33,965 nucleotides of DNA from an uncultured Ignavibacteriaceae bacterium (lineage in GTDB: Bacteria; Bacteroidota; Ignavibacteria; UBA10030): contig CAYXMK010000004.1 in NCBI GenBank assembly GCA_964465905.1, forward strand, positions 1 through 33,965, written 5' to 3'. The position numbers and the translations under genes are program-made. The stretch's first letter is position 1. Each line of letters begins with the position of its first letter. The notes under the pieces are model-generated. The model saw only the letters and a list, made by a program, of their open reading frames with translations, ran no database searches and was not told the origin of the DNA. Of the stretch, positions 31,083-33,965 are shown in pieces.

Positions 31083-32068
31083 AGCAGATGCTGATGATCG
31101 CAGAACAGGTTGTCGGCGGCGACCGCCGTGCGTTGGCGCGCGCGATCACGCTGGTGGAGAACAACGCCGTGGGCGCGGAGGAACTGCTGGGGGCGTTGCA
31201 CGCGAGCACGGGGAGGGCCTACCGCGTGGGCGTTACCGGGCCGCCGGGGGCCGGGAAGAGCACGCTGACGAATCGGCTCGCCGCCCTGTATCGGAAACAG
31301 GGTCATCGTGTAGGGATCATCGCTGTGGATCCTACGAGTCCCTTCACCGGCGGTGCATTGCTGGGTGATCGCGTGCGGATGACGGATGTTGAGCTGGATC
31401 GAGGGGTCTTCATCCGAAGCATGGCCTCGCGCGGGAGTCTCGGAGGTCTGAGCCGAAAGGCCAACGAAGCGGCGGATGTCCTCGATGCCGCAGGATATGA
31501 CATCATCCTGATGGAAACGGTAGGTGTGGGTCAGTCGGAGCTGGATGTCGCGTCCGCCAGTGACACCACGATGGTGGTGCTCGTACCGGAATCCGGTGAC
31601 GGCATCCAGGCGATGAAGGCCGGCCTCATGGAAATTGCCGATCTGTTTGTGATGAACAAGGCCGACCGACCGGGCGCGGACCAGGCAGTGCAGTCCATCC
31701 AGATGATCCTCGGCTTCAAGAAGCCCACTGCGCCACCGGGCTCTGGTGAGAGTGTCTGGAGGGTGGCCATTGTGAAGGCCGTGGCAAGCGAAGGGAGGGG
31801 GATTGACGATGTTGCCCGCCACATCGCAACGCACCGGCAGCACCAGGAACGGACGGGGGAACTGGCGGCCCGGCGCCGTGTGCGCGTGGAACGGCGTATC
31901 AAGGAACTTGTGGAAGACCGTCTTCGTGTCGACTTCTGGGACTCTGTGAGAGCCGGACTACTCAGCGAGGAGATCGACAGAGTGGTGAGGAAGGAGCAGT
32001 CGCCGTACGCCCTCGTACAGACCCTGCTCCGGCATTCCCGGTTCGGCAACCAGCGTGCCGACTCATGA
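31079..32068 (+). CDS. meaB: G3E-family GTPase MeaB/ArgK (methylmalonyl-CoA-mutase-associated type)
   Basis: GVTGPPGAGKSTL (P-loop), ETVGVGQSE and VMNKADR. Its ATG 31079 overlaps the epimerase stop (ATGA at 31079-31082). Confidence 0.9.
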   Translation: MKQMLMIAEQVVGGDRRALARAITLVENNAVGAEELLGALHASTGRAYRVGVTGPPGAGKSTLTNRLAALYRKQGHRVGIIAVDPTSPFTGGALLGDRVRMTDVELDRGVFIRSMASRGSLGGLSRKANEAADVLDAAGYDIILMETVGVGQSELDVASASDTTMVVLVPESGDGIQAMKAGLMEIADLFVMNKADRPGADQAVQSIQMILGFKKPTAPPGSGESVWRVAIVKAVASEGRGIDDVARHIATHRQHQERTGELAARRRVRVERRIKELVEDRLRVDFWDSVRAGLLSEEIDRVVRKEQSPYALVQTLLRHSRFGNQRADS

Positions 32069-32276
32069 CGAGGCGGGGTTTCCCGTACGGCTGTCGGCGC
32101 AACTTCTGCGGAGCTCTTCCGTCGTACTGAGAGAGAATGGACCGCCAGGGCCTTTCATGACGTTGCCCGTTTCCATCGTGCACTCGGCCGCTGCGGGCGA
32201 GCGAAAAGGGGGTGTGAGCGTCGGTTCCTTGAACGGACGACGGCGGACGTGGCGGCACCACGCCGCAGGGGGGATC

Positions 32277-32987
32277 ATGACGGCATTGCTCCTCCTGGGT
32301 CTTCCGACCGGCGGCGCGACAGCCCAGTGCATCGACTCCTCGGGCGCTGAGTCCGCCGCGTGGGATTTTGACGAGACCGAGGGAGTGTCGCAGGGGTTGC
32401 TCGATGTCGTCGGGGATTTCTTCACTCCTCAGCTGGTGAAAGATGTCCGGCGGATTCGCCGGTACGTCCGCAACGCCCGCTTCGACGAGTTCCGCAGGTT
32501 GTGCGGTGATCTCCGTGCTGCGGATGCGATCTTTCAGAAAGCGTTGAAGATCGTAGAGTACGACGTCGGGCGCGCCCTCTTCGTCGCGTTCATGGCAACG
32601 ATCGAGCACCAGCGGATCGACCTCCGTGTGCCGGTTGTCGGTACGGTGGGCCTCCCGCTGACGTTCGAGGAAGACAGCCTGTTCCTCCTGCGCTTTCGGA
32701 ATCTTCCGTCGCGCCTGTACCATGACACGCCCGCCACACCGTTCGGAGACAGGGACAAGCTCCAGCATTTCTTCGGGTCCGCGTACCTTGCGTACGCCGC
32801 AGAGTCGCCCGAGCTGGCCCGCTCCACCGGCAGCTTTGTCGAAGCGGGGGAAGCCTCGTTCGTCGTGGGAGGCGTGGATGACCCGCGGGACCGGCGTGCC
32901 AACCAACAGGGGGAAACGTTCGGACACGACCTGCTGTACGTCCGCAACCTCCTTCCCTCCGACTATCTGCAGCTCCCCGTCGACTGA
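32277..32987 (+). CDS. Hypothetical exported protein; family not recognised
   Basis: MTALLLLGLPTGGATAQC is signal-peptide-like, with AGGGGGG 4 nt upstream of ATG 32277. The frame has a coding-like GC3 pattern. The ORF is open from 32055, and ATG 32157 is an alternative start. Confidence 0.6.
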   Translation: MTALLLLGLPTGGATAQCIDSSGAESAAWDFDETEGVSQGLLDVVGDFFTPQLVKDVRRIRRYVRNARFDEFRRLCGDLRAADAIFQKALKIVEYDVGRALFVAFMATIEHQRIDLRVPVVGTVGLPLTFEEDSLFLLRFRNLPSRLYHDTPATPFGDRDKLQHFFGSAYLAYAAESPELARSTGSFVEAGEASFVVGGVDDPRDRRANQQGETFGHDLLYVRNLLPSDYLQLPVD

Positions 32988-33011
32988 CGGGGCGCAGCGA
33001 GGTGATGCAGC

Positions 33012-33965
33012 ATGGCGATCATCTTGGTGGTTGATGATGAGAAGAGCGTTCGGGATTCCCTCCGCATGATCCTGGCGTATGAGGGACACGACGTGCACTT
33101 CGCGGAGAACGGTGAAGAGGCGCTCCAGCGCGCACAGTCGGTTGCTCCCGATCTTGTGCTGCTCGACGTCAAGATGGGGGGCATGGATGGACTGGAAGTG
33201 CTTCAGCGGCTGAAGGAACGCGCCGTGCATCTCCCGGTCATCATGATCTCCGGACACGGGACCATCGAGACGGCCGTGGAGGCGACGCGGCGGGGAGCGT
33301 TCGACTTTCTTCCCAAGCCGCTGGACCGGGACAAGCTGCTGGTGACGGTGCGGAACGCTCTGGAGCAATCGAGGTTGTCTGCTGAGTACCGGCGTCTGCG
33401 TGAATCCGTGGAAGCCCGATGGCAGATCCTCGGAGCCAGCCCGGCGATTCGGGAGGTTCTGTCGCTGATCGATCGGGTGGCTCCGACGGATGCGCGGGTG
33501 CTGATCACGGGGGAGAACGGTACGGGGAAGGAACTGGTCGCCCGCGCCCTCCACCGGAAGAGCAAGCGCGCAGAGGAGCCGTTCGTCGAGGTGAACTGCG
33601 CCGCCATCCCCGAGGAGCTGATCGAGTCGGAGCTCTTCGGACACGAGAAGGGATCCTTCACCGGCGCCACGTCGCAAAGGGTCGGCAAGTTCGAGCAGGC
33701 GAACGGCGGGACACTCTTCCTCGACGAGATCGGCGACATGAGTCTGCAGGCGCAAGCGAAGGTGCTGAGGGCCCTCGAGGAGGGGACGATCGAGCGCGTG
33801 GGAGGAACGAAGCTCATCACGGTGGATGTACGTGTGATCGCGGCGACCAACAAGAATCTTCAGGAGGAAATCACCAGGGGCACCTTCCGCAGCGACCTGT
33901 ATCACCGGTTACGGGTGATTCCTCTCCATCTTCCTCCGCTACGGGAACGGGTCGAAGACATCCCG
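33012..33965 (+). CDS. Sigma-54-dependent response regulator (NtrC family), 3' end outside window
   Basis: Absent from the ORF track because there is no stop in the window. [79 protein letters not shown] and FRSDLYHRL. Confidence 0.93.
   Translation, partial: MAIILVVDDEKSVRDSLRMILAYEGHDVHFAENGEEALQRAQSVAPDLVLLDVKMGGMDGLEVLQRLKERAVHLPVIMISGHGTIETAVEATRRGAFDFLPKPLDRDKLLVTVRNALEQSRLSAEYRRLRESVEARWQILGASPAIREVLSLIDRVAPTDARVLITGENGTGKELVARALHRKSKRAEEPFVEVNCAAIPEELIESELFGHEKGSFTGATSQRVGKFEQANGGTLFLDEIGDMSLQAQAKVLRALEEGTIERVGGTKLITVDVRVIAATNKNLQEEITRGTFRSDLYHRLRVIPLHLPPLRERVEDIP

Overview
High-GC (roughly 60-65 % by eye) bacterial chromosomal segment. It is tightly packed and almost entirely housekeeping. 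I cannot assign a lineage from the sequence alone.

Gene order:
- Plus strand: dnaK (3' part), clpB, rsmB-like methyltransferase, TPR lipoprotein, DUF58 protein, uvrA, a polytopic membrane protein.
- Then mpg (minus) and an RluA-family pseudouridine synthase (plus).
- A long co-oriented minus-strand array, in transcription order: nif3-like, COG1579 zinc-ribbon protein, RNase HI, rnpB (RNase P RNA, invisible to the ORF track), recJ, yebC, ruvC, ruvA, ruvB.
- A two-component cluster: a receiver-HisKA protein with no ATPase domain, divergent from a CheY-like receiver plus a sigma-54 enhancer-binding protein (EBP).
- Then a gcdH-like acyl-CoA dehydrogenase, guaB, an M24 peptidase, a glycosyltransferase, purD, an NAD-dependent epimerase, meaB, one hypothetical secreted protein, and a second sigma-54 EBP cut by the window end.

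Many neighbouring genes are joined by ATGA or GTGA start/stop overlaps. I saw no CRISPR array, transposase or integrase, tRNA or rRNA, phage gene or recognisable defence gene. I do not see convincing evidence for a new multi-gene system.

The observations most worth a second look are:
1. rnpB lies under the longest recJ ORF and has no obvious promoter of its own.
2. The kinase-less REC-DHp protein and its receiver/EBP neighbours.
3. An AT-rich 11-13 nt motif occurs three times around that operon.
4. Two tandem intrinsic terminators, plus a spacer complementary to the SD region, sit directly upstream of the nif3-like gene.

The long antisense ORFs in the track are high-GC artefacts.
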